Shown: positions 15,555 to 24,289 of the stretch, piece after piece
How positions within the stretch are numbered: position 1 is the stretch's first letter
Layout: each line of letters opens with the position of its first letter
Origin: a virus
Lineage: Duplodnaviria; Caudoviricetes
Strand: one strand, 5' to 3'
Length of the DNA: 39,852 nt
Virus record (IMG/VR): IMGVR_UViG_3300037467_000579
Coordinates: 1-39,852 of that record
Position numbers and translations under genes: made by a program
Notes under the pieces: generated by a model
What the model was told of the DNA's origin: nothing
The model's database searches: none
What the model saw: the letters and a program-made list of their open reading frames with translations, nothing else

Positions 15555-15931
15555 GCGTGCACGAAAGTATGCGTAATGAAGCTAGGAAGGCGTTCAAAGA
15601 TGCTGGGCTGACCTATGCCAATCTTACGCCCACCAGCATGCAGCGCCTGCGTATCCTGATCAATGACCGTATGAAAGCCAGCGGTCTGATCTTGGGCACA
15701 TTCCGCTGCCGCCAGCGCGGAATCGTCAAGGAAACGAAATGGGGCCGCTACGGTGAACTGCGTTGTAAGGCGGACTATTTCGACAACCGGGAAGCCATCA
15801 CCTTCAACACGAATGGCTTTATTGGCTTCGCTGGCTGGGCTGACAACGAAAACGTGCAACCAATTTTGGAAGGATTCCGTGAATGGGTACGCGAATTGCG
15901 CGCAGATAGCGCCACTGAAAGGAAATCATGA
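15551..15931 (+). CDS. Hypothetical phage protein
   Basis: YFDNREAITFN..GFIGFAGWAD..N.QPIL motif; ATGA overlap. Confidence 0.75.
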   Translation: MSVHESMRNEARKAFKDAGLTYANLTPTSMQRLRILINDRMKASGLILGTFRCRQRGIVKETKWGRYGELRCKADYFDNREAITFNTNGFIGFAGWADNENVQPILEGFREWVRELRADSATERKS

Positions 15932-16209
15932 GCAAGCATGCCGAATTTGATCCTTTGCGAATGGACTCAGCAAAAAGCGCATGGAACCCGCTTAAGGCGG
16001 CGCCGCAAGACGGCACCGAAATTGAACTATTGGTTCACCACCATAACTGGAAGCACGCCAAAGGCGAAGACAAGAAAAAGTGGGAACAAATAGTGCGCGC
16101 AAAATGGATTGATTTCAACGGCGGCGGTTGGACATGGAATGGCATGGCTGGAGTACCAATCTATTGGCGCCCTATCGTCGCCCCTTCAGACAGCGGGAGG
16201 GAGGGATGA
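15928..16209 (+). CDS. Hypothetical protein (DUF551-like)
   Basis: W.P...AP.DGT.I ... P.YWRP pattern. Confidence 0.7.
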   Translation: MSKHAEFDPLRMDSAKSAWNPLKAAPQDGTEIELLVHHHNWKHAKGEDKKKWEQIVRAKWIDFNGGGWTWNGMAGVPIYWRPIVAPSDSGREG

Positions 16210-16436
16210 GCGATCCGGTCAACAGTCCGAAACACTACACCGATCACCCGAGCGGCATCGAGTGCTTCCAGATCACAGAACACATGGGGTTCAACCTCGG
16301 CAACGCCGTCAAGTACCTCTGGCGCTGCGACCTGAAGAAGGATGCGATCGAGGATCTGAGGAAGGCCGCCTGGTACATACAGCGTGAGATTGCAAAGCGC
16401 GAGAGTGTGGCGCGCAGCATGAACAGGAGTGAATAG
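16206..16436 (+). CDS. DUF3310 family protein
   Basis: DPVNSPKHY, GIEC, GNAVKYLWR, EDLRKAAWY. Confidence 0.9.
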   Translation: MSDPVNSPKHYTDHPSGIECFQITEHMGFNLGNAVKYLWRCDLKKDAIEDLRKAAWYIQREIAKRESVARSMNRSE

Positions 16437-16438
16437 AG

Positions 16439-16780
16439 ATGATCGACGTTGAAAAAGTCGCTGAAATGCTCGGGCTGAAGCCAAGTACGGTGTATTCCAA
16501 GGCCGCGCCGAAGGGTGATATTCCGTGCTACCGGGTCGGCACAAAGATCAGTTTCAAGGAAGAAGAAATTCAGGAGTATTTGCAATCATGCCGGTTCACT
16601 TCGACAAAACAGCGCAGCGCTGGCGTTTCAAATTTGATCGCGTCATCGCCGGGAGACAATACCGGTCTTCTCGACTCCTTCCGAAAGGCTGGAGCAAAAC
16701 CGAAGCGAACGATTACGACCAGCGCGAAGTTGCGCGCCTCTATGATCTTGCGACCGGCAAAACCCTCGACCAGCCACTGA
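16439..16780 (+). CDS. xis: Excisionase-like HTH protein
   Basis: VEKVAEMLGLKPSTVY...IPCYRVG; immediately upstream of and overlapping int. Confidence 0.8.
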   Translation: MIDVEKVAEMLGLKPSTVYSKAAPKGDIPCYRVGTKISFKEEEIQEYLQSCRFTSTKQRSAGVSNLIASSPGDNTGLLDSFRKAGAKPKRTITTSAKLRASMILRPAKPSTSH

Positions 16781-17532
16781 TTGCGGAATGCGTAAAGCTG
16801 TACATCGACGAGCGCTGCCCGCAACTGAAGCACGGCGACAATCAGATCAAGGTGCTGGCCTACATTCTGTGGGCTTACGATGGCAAGACGCTGGACAAGC
16901 TTCCAGAGGTCGCCAGAACGCTTTGCGCGCACGAGTCGGGGATTGCATCGGCCGCAACGATCCGCAACCGCATAGCGTACCTACGCGCCGCCTGTAGCTA
17001 TTACCTGAAGGCGAAGGAGCCGGGGCGCAGGGTGCCGAGTCTGGTTATGCCGATCGTGAACAACGAACGGAAGCTGTTCATCAGCCGCGGCGAAATGCTG
17101 AAGCTGGCGCATGCATGCACGCATCGAGAAACGCGGAAGGTGATCCGTATCGCGTTTTACAGCGGCATGCGACTTGGTGAAATATTGAAGCTCGGGCCAT
17201 CAAAGGAGGTTTTCGAGCTGCACGACACGAAGAACGGCGAAAGCCGGAATGTGCCGATTCATCCGAAAATTGCGGCCATTGCTCGACGGCTACCGATCAA
17301 GGTTATGCGCGGCGCGGTACAGAAGCATTTCAGGATCGCCAGGGACGCGGCAGGAATGCCGGATCTGCATCTGCACGACTGCCGGCACTCGGCGGCCAGC
17401 AACATGGTGAACCAAGGCGTTGACCTGTACACGGTCGGCAAAGTGCTCGGCCACAAGGATCTGCGATCGACCAAACGTTATAGCCACTTGTCAGTTGAAA
17501 CCCTTGCGGCAGCCATCCGAAAGATCGGATAG
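16588..17532 (+). CDS. int: Tyrosine integrase
   Basis: SGMRLGEI, TKNG, HDCRH, LGHKD, RYSH catalytic residues; CAGGAG RBS. Confidence 0.95.
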   Translation: MPVHFDKTAQRWRFKFDRVIAGRQYRSSRLLPKGWSKTEANDYDQREVARLYDLATGKTLDQPLIAECVKLYIDERCPQLKHGDNQIKVLAYILWAYDGKTLDKLPEVARTLCAHESGIASAATIRNRIAYLRAACSYYLKAKEPGRRVPSLVMPIVNNERKLFISRGEMLKLAHACTHRETRKVIRIAFYSGMRLGEILKLGPSKEVFELHDTKNGESRNVPIHPKIAAIARRLPIKVMRGAVQKHFRIARDAAGMPDLHLHDCRHSAASNMVNQGVDLYTVGKVLGHKDLRSTKRYSHLSVETLAAAIRKIG

Positions 17533-17554
17533 CAAAAACCTGTACAGGAGCCGG

Positions 17555-17585
17555 AAATAACAACGCCCACTGGTTAGTGGGCGCT
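17555..17585 (-). terminator. Hairpin terminator downstream of the tRNA fragment
   Basis: CGCCCACT/AGTGGGCG stem, U-rich tail on minus. Confidence 0.6.
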
Positions 17586-17607
17586 ATCGGCAAAAGCCTT
17601 GAATCTA

Positions 17608-17666
17608 TGGCGGAAAGGGAGGGATTCGAACCCTCGATACGGGAGAACCGTATACTGGATTTCGAG
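17608..17666 (-). other. att core: 3' half of tRNA-Ser(CGA)
   Basis: Minus strand reads CTCGAAA anticodon loop, long variable arm, GGTTCGAATCC, ...CCGCCA; 5' half absent. Confidence 0.9.
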
Positions 17667-17841
17667 AACTGCTTATATTAAGCAAGCACCACGGAGAACC
17701 GCACGGATAAAGGACTTATGTGTTTACATACAGTACGCGTATTATTGCTGTTTTGACGGTCTATAGCAAAAAGCTGTACATGGTTTGAGGCGGTCGGACT
17801 ACCTCGGCCAAGCCTCCTGCAATACCAACTTTGGAGCGGAA

Positions 17842-18051
17842 ATGAAAGAAGGCATACATTCACGCAATGTCGCAACGCATCTTTACAGATATGCTGCGTT
17901 TTTGCGCTCGGAATCAGAAAAGGCTATGGCGCTCGAATTTCTCGACTATGAAAAATCCAGTGAGATTGAGCGGCAGGCGGTCGAAGTGCAGGAGTTGGCT
18001 AATTACCTTCATGATTTTAAGGAGTGGATAGTCAAGCCTGAAGCTATTTAG
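17842..18051 (+). CDS. Hypothetical protein (69 aa) between attP and lysis genes
   Basis: GGAG RBS; opposite strand to the late operon. Confidence 0.6.
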   Translation: MKEGIHSRNVATHLYRYAAFLRSESEKAMALEFLDYEKSSEIERQAVEVQELANYLHDFKEWIVKPEAI

Positions 18052-18517
18052 GCCAAGCCTCCTGCAGCAGCATCACATCCCCGGCGTGTCCATCAGCCGC
18101 TTCTGCCATGCTTTGGTATTTTGCTGCGCAGTCGCTGAGTATGTCTGAGACGGTAGCGGCGTACTGGCGGACGGCATCGGCGGAAGCTGTGGACAGTTTT
18201 GTGCGAGTGGCGGCGAGTTGGTCGCGCAGGCTGTCAGACTGAGCGCGAGCAGCGGCAATAGCGACCTGATTTTCCTTGTTGCGTTCTTGTGCGGCATTTT
18301 GGGCCTCGATCACTTGTTGTTTGAGTTGCGATTCCTTGGCGCGGCTGGCTTTCTCGGCTTTCATGGCATCGGCCTGTTGCGCGACTGTGGCGGCGTCCCA
18401 GGCGGCTTGTGTGTGCTGCATGCCGTGGACATAGCACCAGCCGCCGAACGCGGCTGCAACGGCTACAAGCGCGAGCCAGCGCGCCCACCAGGGGATTCCA
18501 GCAGTAAGCAGACTCAT
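18044..18517 (-). CDS. Rz-like inner-membrane spanin
   Basis: N-terminal TM plus coiled coil, last lysis gene. Confidence 0.8.
   Translation of the reverse strand: MSLLTAGIPWWARWLALVAVAAAFGGWCYVHGMQHTQAAWDAATVAQQADAMKAEKASRAKESQLKQQVIEAQNAAQERNKENQVAIAAARAQSDSLRDQLAATRTKLSTASADAVRQYAATVSDILSDCAAKYQSMAEAADGHAGDVMLLQEAWPK
18073..18297 (-). CDS. Rz1-like outer-membrane lipoprotein spanin (embedded)
   Basis: Lipobox LTAC, Pro-rich mature part, nested out of frame in Rz. Confidence 0.8.
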   Translation of the reverse strand: MPHKNATRKIRSLLPLLALSLTACATNSPPLAQNCPQLPPMPSASTPLPSQTYSATAQQNTKAWQKRLMDTPGM

Positions 18518-18750
18518 GCTCCCGGCTCCGTTTTTGCCTTCAGGCTGATTCCGAGACCGCCGCCAGCAAGCAGCGCACCAAAGCCGATGCCGAATGCCTG
18601 GAAATCGAGCGAATGTGATTTCCACACCACGACGCAGGCACCCCACAGGAACACGGCAACAGCGCCCGCCAAGTACACACGGGCCGGGTCGTAGGTAACG
18701 CCATCTGGACCGGTTAAGCAGTGCATTACGATCTCTTTAAATGCGCTCAC
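18514..18750 (-). CDS. Two-TM membrane protein, holin/antiholin candidate
   Basis: GTGA overlap with endolysin, AGGAG RBS, two hydrophobic helices. Confidence 0.6.
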   Translation of the reverse strand: MSAFKEIVMHCLTGPDGVTYDPARVYLAGAVAVFLWGACVVVWKSHSLDFQAFGIGFGALLAGGGLGISLKAKTEPGA

Positions 18751-19268
18751 GACAACACTCCTTTTGCAGTCTTGTAAAGCGCGAGCCGGTCGGCCAGACC
18801 ATTCGTGCCACCGTTGATAACACGCGTGATCTGGTACATGTTCCCGGCGTCGGCCAGCTCGTTCAATCTGTGCGCCTTCCACCACCAAGCTGCGGAGCGG
18901 CACGCATTCTCCGGATCCTCCAGTAGCTCCGGGAACTGAATCAGACGATCGTCCGAGAACAAGGCTTGCGAGCAGTGGAGATAGTTTGCTCGTCCGGTGA
19001 TCTGGATCAGTCCGCGCCCCTTGAATCGAACGCCGTCTCCGGGCTCTGTGTTACCCAAGTCCTTGCGCCCTTCGTAATCCTCGCCCGACGCGATTTCGCG
19101 CACATATCGCAACTGCCCCGACTCGTGGCCAATCTGCGCAATGAATGCTGCCTGCCGCTCCTTGCTGTTAATGTCGAATTCCTTCATTGCGTTGCAAAGC
19201 GGCGTAAAAAAAGCCGCTATGTGCGGCTTTGCATAAGGCAGGATCGCCAGCAGTTCGGATTCGGTCAT
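18747..19268 (-). CDS. Endolysin, glycoside hydrolase family 19
   Basis: FIAQIGHESG, GRGLIQITGRANY, ITRVINGG.NGL.DR. Confidence 0.95.
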   Translation of the reverse strand: MTESELLAILPYAKPHIAAFFTPLCNAMKEFDINSKERQAAFIAQIGHESGQLRYVREIASGEDYEGRKDLGNTEPGDGVRFKGRGLIQITGRANYLHCSQALFSDDRLIQFPELLEDPENACRSAAWWWKAHRLNELADAGNMYQITRVINGGTNGLADRLALYKTAKGVLS

Positions 19269-19504
19269 TTCGCCAAATCCTTTCGCAACTCATCCAGCGC
19301 ATTGAATATCCGCTCAAGCGTCCTATTCATCTCGGCTCGCGGCATATAACCTTCAGCAAGACGGATGTGTAAATCGTTGATTTCTTTTTTCTGCTCTTTC
19401 ACCATTTCCCAAATCATATTTACCCACCATAGCGCGCAGGCTCCGATGATTGAGAGCAGAATGCCGAACAGCCCGTAGATGACGTTGAAAAGTTGTTGAT
19501 TCAT
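19265..19504 (-). CDS. Single-TM protein, holin candidate
   Basis: N-terminal TM plus coiled coil directly upstream of the endolysin. Confidence 0.6.
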   Translation of the reverse strand: MNQQLFNVIYGLFGILLSIIGACALWWVNMIWEMVKEQKKEINDLHIRLAEGYMPRAEMNRTLERIFNALDELRKDLAK

Positions 19505-21993
19505 GCCATCCTCGATTTCAACTCGGCCATCGCCGCTTCAAGCGATTCAGTCCGCGCTTCCAGCGCCTCAACCCGTTCCTGCGCCTCGCCGAGCGCTTTG
19601 AACGCCTTCATGTAGCCGATCGAATACTTGACGCTCTTGGTGGTGGTACCCGTTGGTCGCCGGTCGCGGACGGTTACGATCTTTGGCTTTCCGTCGTCAT
19701 CGAGAACCGGATTACCATCATCTCCGATGACTTCCTCTTCTCGATCGAAGAATTCGAGGTCGTCGTGCTCGTCCACCATGCCCGGCGATATGGCCTCAAC
19801 TTCCTGAGCGATCCATCCAAGCATCAGCACGCCGTCCGGATCATCCTTGAAGCGAAATTTCGATACTTTGGCGGCGAGCGCTTTCACATCCGCCCACTGC
19901 GAACCAGCCAGCGAAATGTCCTTTTTCAGCTTGATGTCCGAGGTTGCGCCGTAGACGTTCGGTCGGCTGCCGTATGTACCGTCGCCGCGAATGAAGAACT
20001 GCATCGTTGGCGTGCCAAGGATGCTGGTGTAGCCGTCGACCAAGTTGAAACCGGTTCCTTGCGCAGCGGCTGCATTGAATTCTGCGACGGCGGCTCCGGT
20101 TCCTGTATTGCTGTTCCTGAATTCGAACGCCAGCCCGGTGTTGCTGCCGTAAAGGCTGCTGCGCGTGCCTGCCGAGCCGCCACCGGTTGCGATGTTAGAC
20201 GTAATCGTTACGTTGCCACCGACCGTCTGATTGTTGCTTACAGAGCTGGTCGTGCAAGACGATATTCCGTTGATTGCCTGATTTCCCGTTATCGTGCGTG
20301 TGCCGTTGACGTTGGAATCGGCTGCAATCAGGGTGTTGGCATTGGTCGAGCCAGTGATCGATCCAGATCCGCCGATGGCCAGATTGTTTGTGAAAACGTT
20401 CTGTTGATCGAACGCCGGACCTATGGAGTTGACACCGATCTTGATGCAATAATACGCGCCGGATTTATACAGCACATTATCTGCAAACAGGCAGTTCGCG
20501 ACCTGGCCGTTGATCAGGATGAATGACGTGTTCGCGCCGACGACACCGTATGAGATGTTGCGCGCAATCTGCGTGTTGGTCATGCTGCCAGCTACGTTGT
20601 CTACAGCAAGCTGGATCAATCCCGCCTGGAACGTATTGTCGGCAATGCGATCCCAACGGTAGACGTAGCTAGCAACGATCGTTGTCAACTCAAAGTCATT
20701 TCCCTCAACAACGTTCCCGCTGATGAGCGGCGCTCCTGCGACGCCTTGCAAAGATACGTTGTTCGACAATTGCGATCCGCCGGTAATCGCTGTCGGCTCG
20801 TCATACCAGTAAGCAGTTCCGATCACTGATTGCGGCGTAACGTGCCCAGTCGAAAAGCGATTCTGATTAATACGGACGCTGGCGATGTACTGATTACTGA
20901 TGTTAGGTTCAAGGTCAATCGCGCCGTAAATCGTGTTGCCTCGGATAAGGACGCCATGCACATCAATGCATGAAATAGCATTGCGACTCATGGTGCCGCC
21001 ACTAACGGAAGCAGTTCCATTACCGTAACGTGATTTCAAAACACCATCAAGAATCTTAATGTTTCGGCAGGTGTACCCAGTGCCGCCACTAGCGACATCG
21101 ACCGCGCCACTCATGGTGATGCAGTCACCGAGACTGTTGGTGATGTAGTGGTGCTGCAGAGTTATGTCAATGCAGTTCCTGTTGATCAGTACAGGTGCAT
21201 CGTTTTCACGTGATGAACCGAGCGTGCCGCCTGTGTATCCGAAAATGCGCAGGCCGAACCACTTGCAACTGTTGGCATTCGCGAATGCGATGCCGAATCC
21301 TGATGCACCTTGATAAAACGTTGATCCATACGTTTCAATCGTAATATTGTTTGCGGCATTCGCATTGGTTCGGCTTCCGATCACCAGCTGCGCACTGATA
21401 GTTGTATCGGTATAACCTGTGCCAAGATAGTAATTCTTGCCAGCAGTTGCGGTGATAATTGCGCCACCGGCATTCGTCATTGCCCAGGTAATTGCAGCTT
21501 GAATTGCTACCCTATCATCAGTCCCAACCCCTGTTGACGGATTGAAATCACCAACTGCGCCAAAATCCTCTAATGATTTTCTATCTCGCTCTTTATCTTG
21601 GACGGTACGCGAAACAGCGCCAGCGCCAGCCTGGATAAATCCAACAAGCGACGCGCCAGATGACGCGGCAAGACTAGCCAAAATAGTAGCGCCATCACTT
21701 CCAATTCCTGTTATGTTGTCATATGTACCACCAGGAATCGGAACATTTGCAGAGTCCGTCAATACAAATTTGTAAGCAGTTCCTGCCGTCAGCCAAATTT
21801 CATTAGGCGGCCTGCCGTCTGCGCCAAGCGTGATTGGATTGCTATTAGCGACAAGGCCCGAATTGCTTGTATATGTCGTTTGCGACGTCGTTGTCCCGGC
21901 TTGATATGTGTATAGGAAGCCGCCATTCAATGGCAGTCCGCCCGTGGTAAAGTATTGCGCACCGTTCCCGATTGGCGAGAGATATACTGCCAT
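19501..21993 (-). CDS. Tailspike: virion-binding N-domain, beta-helix, C-terminal intramolecular chaperone (peptidase S74-like)
   Basis: SNPITLGADGR, RTVQDK..DFGAVGD...DDRVAIQAAI, Asn/Gly-rich repeats, SDIKLKKDI, GWIAQEVE. Confidence 0.88.
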   Translation of the reverse strand: MAVYLSPIGNGAQYFTTGGLPLNGGFLYTYQAGTTTSQTTYTSNSGLVANSNPITLGADGRPPNEIWLTAGTAYKFVLTDSANVPIPGGTYDNITGIGSDGATILASLAASSGASLVGFIQAGAGAVSRTVQDKERDRKSLEDFGAVGDFNPSTGVGTDDRVAIQAAITWAMTNAGGAIITATAGKNYYLGTGYTDTTISAQLVIGSRTNANAANNITIETYGSTFYQGASGFGIAFANANSCKWFGLRIFGYTGGTLGSSRENDAPVLINRNCIDITLQHHYITNSLGDCITMSGAVDVASGGTGYTCRNIKILDGVLKSRYGNGTASVSGGTMSRNAISCIDVHGVLIRGNTIYGAIDLEPNISNQYIASVRINQNRFSTGHVTPQSVIGTAYWYDEPTAITGGSQLSNNVSLQGVAGAPLISGNVVEGNDFELTTIVASYVYRWDRIADNTFQAGLIQLAVDNVAGSMTNTQIARNISYGVVGANTSFILINGQVANCLFADNVLYKSGAYYCIKIGVNSIGPAFDQQNVFTNNLAIGGSGSITGSTNANTLIAADSNVNGTRTITGNQAINGISSCTTSSVSNNQTVGGNVTITSNIATGGGSAGTRSSLYGSNTGLAFEFRNSNTGTGAAVAEFNAAAAQGTGFNLVDGYTSILGTPTMQFFIRGDGTYGSRPNVYGATSDIKLKKDISLAGSQWADVKALAAKVSKFRFKDDPDGVLMLGWIAQEVEAISPGMVDEHDDLEFFDREEEVIGDDGNPVLDDDGKPKIVTVRDRRPTGTTTKSVKYSIGYMKAFKALGEAQERVEALEARTESLEAAMAELKSRMA

Positions 21994-22009
21994 TTTGGCC
22001 CCTTGAAAA

Positions 22010-22060
22010 TAAAAAAGCCCCGAAAGGGGCTTAAATGAAAAAACCGCCAAGGAGGCGGTC
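22010..22060 (-). terminator. Two tandem intrinsic terminators
   Basis: GCCCC-TTTC-GGGGC and ACCGCC/GGCGGT stems with T6 on minus. Confidence 0.8.
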
Positions 22061-22063
22061 TAT

Positions 22064-22261
22064 ATGGTCAACGAACAATTCAAATATCTATTGCCAGAAA
22101 CAAAAAAGAAATGGACCTTTCTGCGCGTTCTGGGGTGGGCCGTCTACACTATTTTTGCAATCATTGGTATATTCTGTGCACTGATTGGCGCAGGGCCATG
22201 GTTTGGTCTGGCTGTAACATGCGCCTTCATTTTCGGGCCAAAACTATTTTGGAAACTCTGA
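22064..22261 (+). CDS. Small two-TM membrane protein (moron)
   Basis: AAGGAGG RBS, hydrophobic, antisense to the late operon. Confidence 0.7.
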   Translation: MVNEQFKYLLPETKKKWTFLRVLGWAVYTIFAIIGIFCALIGAGPWFGLAVTCAFIFGPKLFWKL

Positions 22262-24289
22262 TAGCTTAGTAAGGCCCGCTGGGCCAAGCGATTGTTTGAC
22301 CTGCTTCGCTTTGCCTATATACTGCGCCGCTGCCCTTACGGCACTTCCCACCGGGATTCCATTAAATAGCGCATTAGCACCAAGCGTTGCGCCATTCTTC
22401 GCCAGCTCCGCTGCAGCGCCAGTAAGCGTGTTGGAATTATTTACGTATGATCCTCGCGGCTGAAATTGTTGATAGCGGGCGACGTTCCCAAGTGTTTGGG
22501 CATTTCGCGCAGATTCAGCATCTAGAATCAATCCGAGCTTTGGGCTAATATTTGTCAGCGCCTTGTTATAACCTGCCTGACTGAAATTTCCTGTATTGGT
22601 GCGCAAATCTATGCCAGCAGATGATTTCAAATGATCGATTACGCCTGCAGCAATAGTCTTTTTTGCAGCTGAATCCTCTGCAAGGTTATTAATCATGTTT
22701 CTTACATTCGCCGCTTTCCCCTTGACGACATAGTTATCAATAAACTTGTCTGCCAATGGAGAAGGCTCGCCAATCTTTGCGTCATCTTTTACTACTGCTG
22801 CATAGGCAGGATCTGAATCGATCAATTGAAATCGCGCCCTCGCTGCCGCTCTTGCCTGATCCGCTAATGGCTTCAACTGCTCCGCGCCAGGAGGCATTGG
22901 AACATCCTCAAGCGCATTACGAATCACACCTGCAGCGGCTTGCGCGTTTCCATCCAAGGTTGGTGATCTTTGAAGTCGAGCCAGATTGGTGCGCAGTGAT
23001 TCGAAATTCTCAAATGTCATTGACCCGCCATTTTTTAGGCGATCAAGAGTTGATCGAATTGAGGCGGCCACATGGTCATACAGTAAGTCTCTATGCAAAG
23101 CTTGATCAGCGTTATCAACGAATGTTTTTGCGTCTAGCGGAAATTGTCCGCCATTAGCGTCTTTTAATGCTTGGTATTTTGAGGATATATCGCTGCTCAA
23201 TTTTGCATCTAGATTCTTGTAGGAGTCGATTAAGTTCTGGCCCGCTTCCACTGGATTGGATACAGTAACATCTGGTGCCGCCTTCTCTCTGATTGCGTTG
23301 ACATTGTCTATAAGGTTTTGATTTTGCGAATTAAACAGATTTCCAAGATCTGGATTTTTTCCCTTATTGTTCTGCTCAAATGATATTTGATGCACGTCCT
23401 GACTTCCCTGCCCTTGGGTCAATCTAGCTGGAACTGGCAGGCTATCCGCCTCAATGTGACGCGCTATTTCCTCCGGAGTCATACTTTTTAAGTTGGAATT
23501 AACATATTTTTGGACTTGCGGACTGGCATTTCGCAATTCTGGCGCAGGCGTAGACTCCGCTAATGATGGCTGTTGCGGCAGTCCTGGTGATGATGAGGGT
23601 GCAACAGAAGAGCCAGAGGATGGTGTCTGTTGTTTTGTTAGTACTGGCTCTATGCGCTCTGTGATCGGCATGCCGCTCCTGCGCTCTGCGAACATTTTCC
23701 GAAAATCGGATGCAACATTACCTACCTTTTGCGTGACAGGTGCAGCGACCCCTCCAAGACGAGAAAGCTCAGGCATGAATGGCAGCACTCCTATGCCACT
23801 ATCGTTGACCACCTGCCCAACCGCATGCGCATATTGCTGGCCGGTTGCCGTCCTGGGTTGATAGGTGAAAGCATCCGCCATCTTTCCATAAGCATCTGCA
23901 GCTTCATTTACACCCTGCTGTGTTCCCATCTTCCCATTGCCAAGTGCGCTCAGTACGCCAGCAGCAGCTGCGGGAATTGATGCTGCGGCACCAGTCAACA
24001 TGCTTGCGCCAGCCTCAACACCACCAATCAGTTTATCTGCGAGCGATGAGTTATCCGGCTTTCCAATGTTGCGGTTTCCATCAAGCGCATTTTCATTTCC
24101 TGGAATTTGATTTGCCTGCGAAGATCTCCTCGTACCACTAGTTTCGATGCGAAGCGGTTTCTCTCCTTTGACCGGTACCGCATCCCAGTCGGAAGTCAAG
24201 GAACCCGCCGAAGATTGGGCCGGTGCTTGCGATGATGGCGGCTGACCTTTAATAGGAACCGCATCCCAGTCATCTGTCAGCCCGCTCAT
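22244..24289 (-). CDS. DNA ejection protein (P22 gp16 position)
   Basis: Large Ala-rich helical protein, third of the ejection trio. Confidence 0.7.
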   Translation of the reverse strand: MSGLTDDWDAVPIKGQPPSSQAPAQSSAGSLTSDWDAVPVKGEKPLRIETSGTRRSSQANQIPGNENALDGNRNIGKPDNSSLADKLIGGVEAGASMLTGAAASIPAAAAGVLSALGNGKMGTQQGVNEAADAYGKMADAFTYQPRTATGQQYAHAVGQVVNDSGIGVLPFMPELSRLGGVAAPVTQKVGNVASDFRKMFAERRSGMPITERIEPVLTKQQTPSSGSSVAPSSSPGLPQQPSLAESTPAPELRNASPQVQKYVNSNLKSMTPEEIARHIEADSLPVPARLTQGQGSQDVHQISFEQNNKGKNPDLGNLFNSQNQNLIDNVNAIREKAAPDVTVSNPVEAGQNLIDSYKNLDAKLSSDISSKYQALKDANGGQFPLDAKTFVDNADQALHRDLLYDHVAASIRSTLDRLKNGGSMTFENFESLRTNLARLQRSPTLDGNAQAAAGVIRNALEDVPMPPGAEQLKPLADQARAAARARFQLIDSDPAYAAVVKDDAKIGEPSPLADKFIDNYVVKGKAANVRNMINNLAEDSAAKKTIAAGVIDHLKSSAGIDLRTNTGNFSQAGYNKALTNISPKLGLILDAESARNAQTLGNVARYQQFQPRGSYVNNSNTLTGAAAELAKNGATLGANALFNGIPVGSAVRAAAQYIGKAKQVKQSLGPAGLTKLSEFPK

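Larger units (their letters stand above)
17529..17780. mobile_element. attP region with putative Int arm sites
   Basis: ATAGCAAAAA(C/G)CTGTACA at 17529-17546 and 17763-17780 (17/18 identical) flank the tRNA-derived core. Confidence 0.8.

Noticed and set aside
17608-17666. Functional tRNA-Ser gene
   Set aside because: D-arm and 5' acceptor strand are missing; it is the att core
17774-17789. Additional SOS box CTGTACATGGTTTGAG
   Set aside because: Poor right half; the CTGTACA belongs to the 18-bp arm-type repeat
19765-20526. 253-aa plus-strand ORF and similar long antisense ORFs (27697..28326, 34646..35209, 12302..12856)
   Set aside because: Shadow frames of well-supported genes, with no RBS or motifs
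24164-24280. Repeat LT(D/S)DWDAVP(I/V)KG in the ejection protein
   Set aside because: Short N-terminal peptide repeats are ordinary in podovirus ejection proteins; not a DNA-level element
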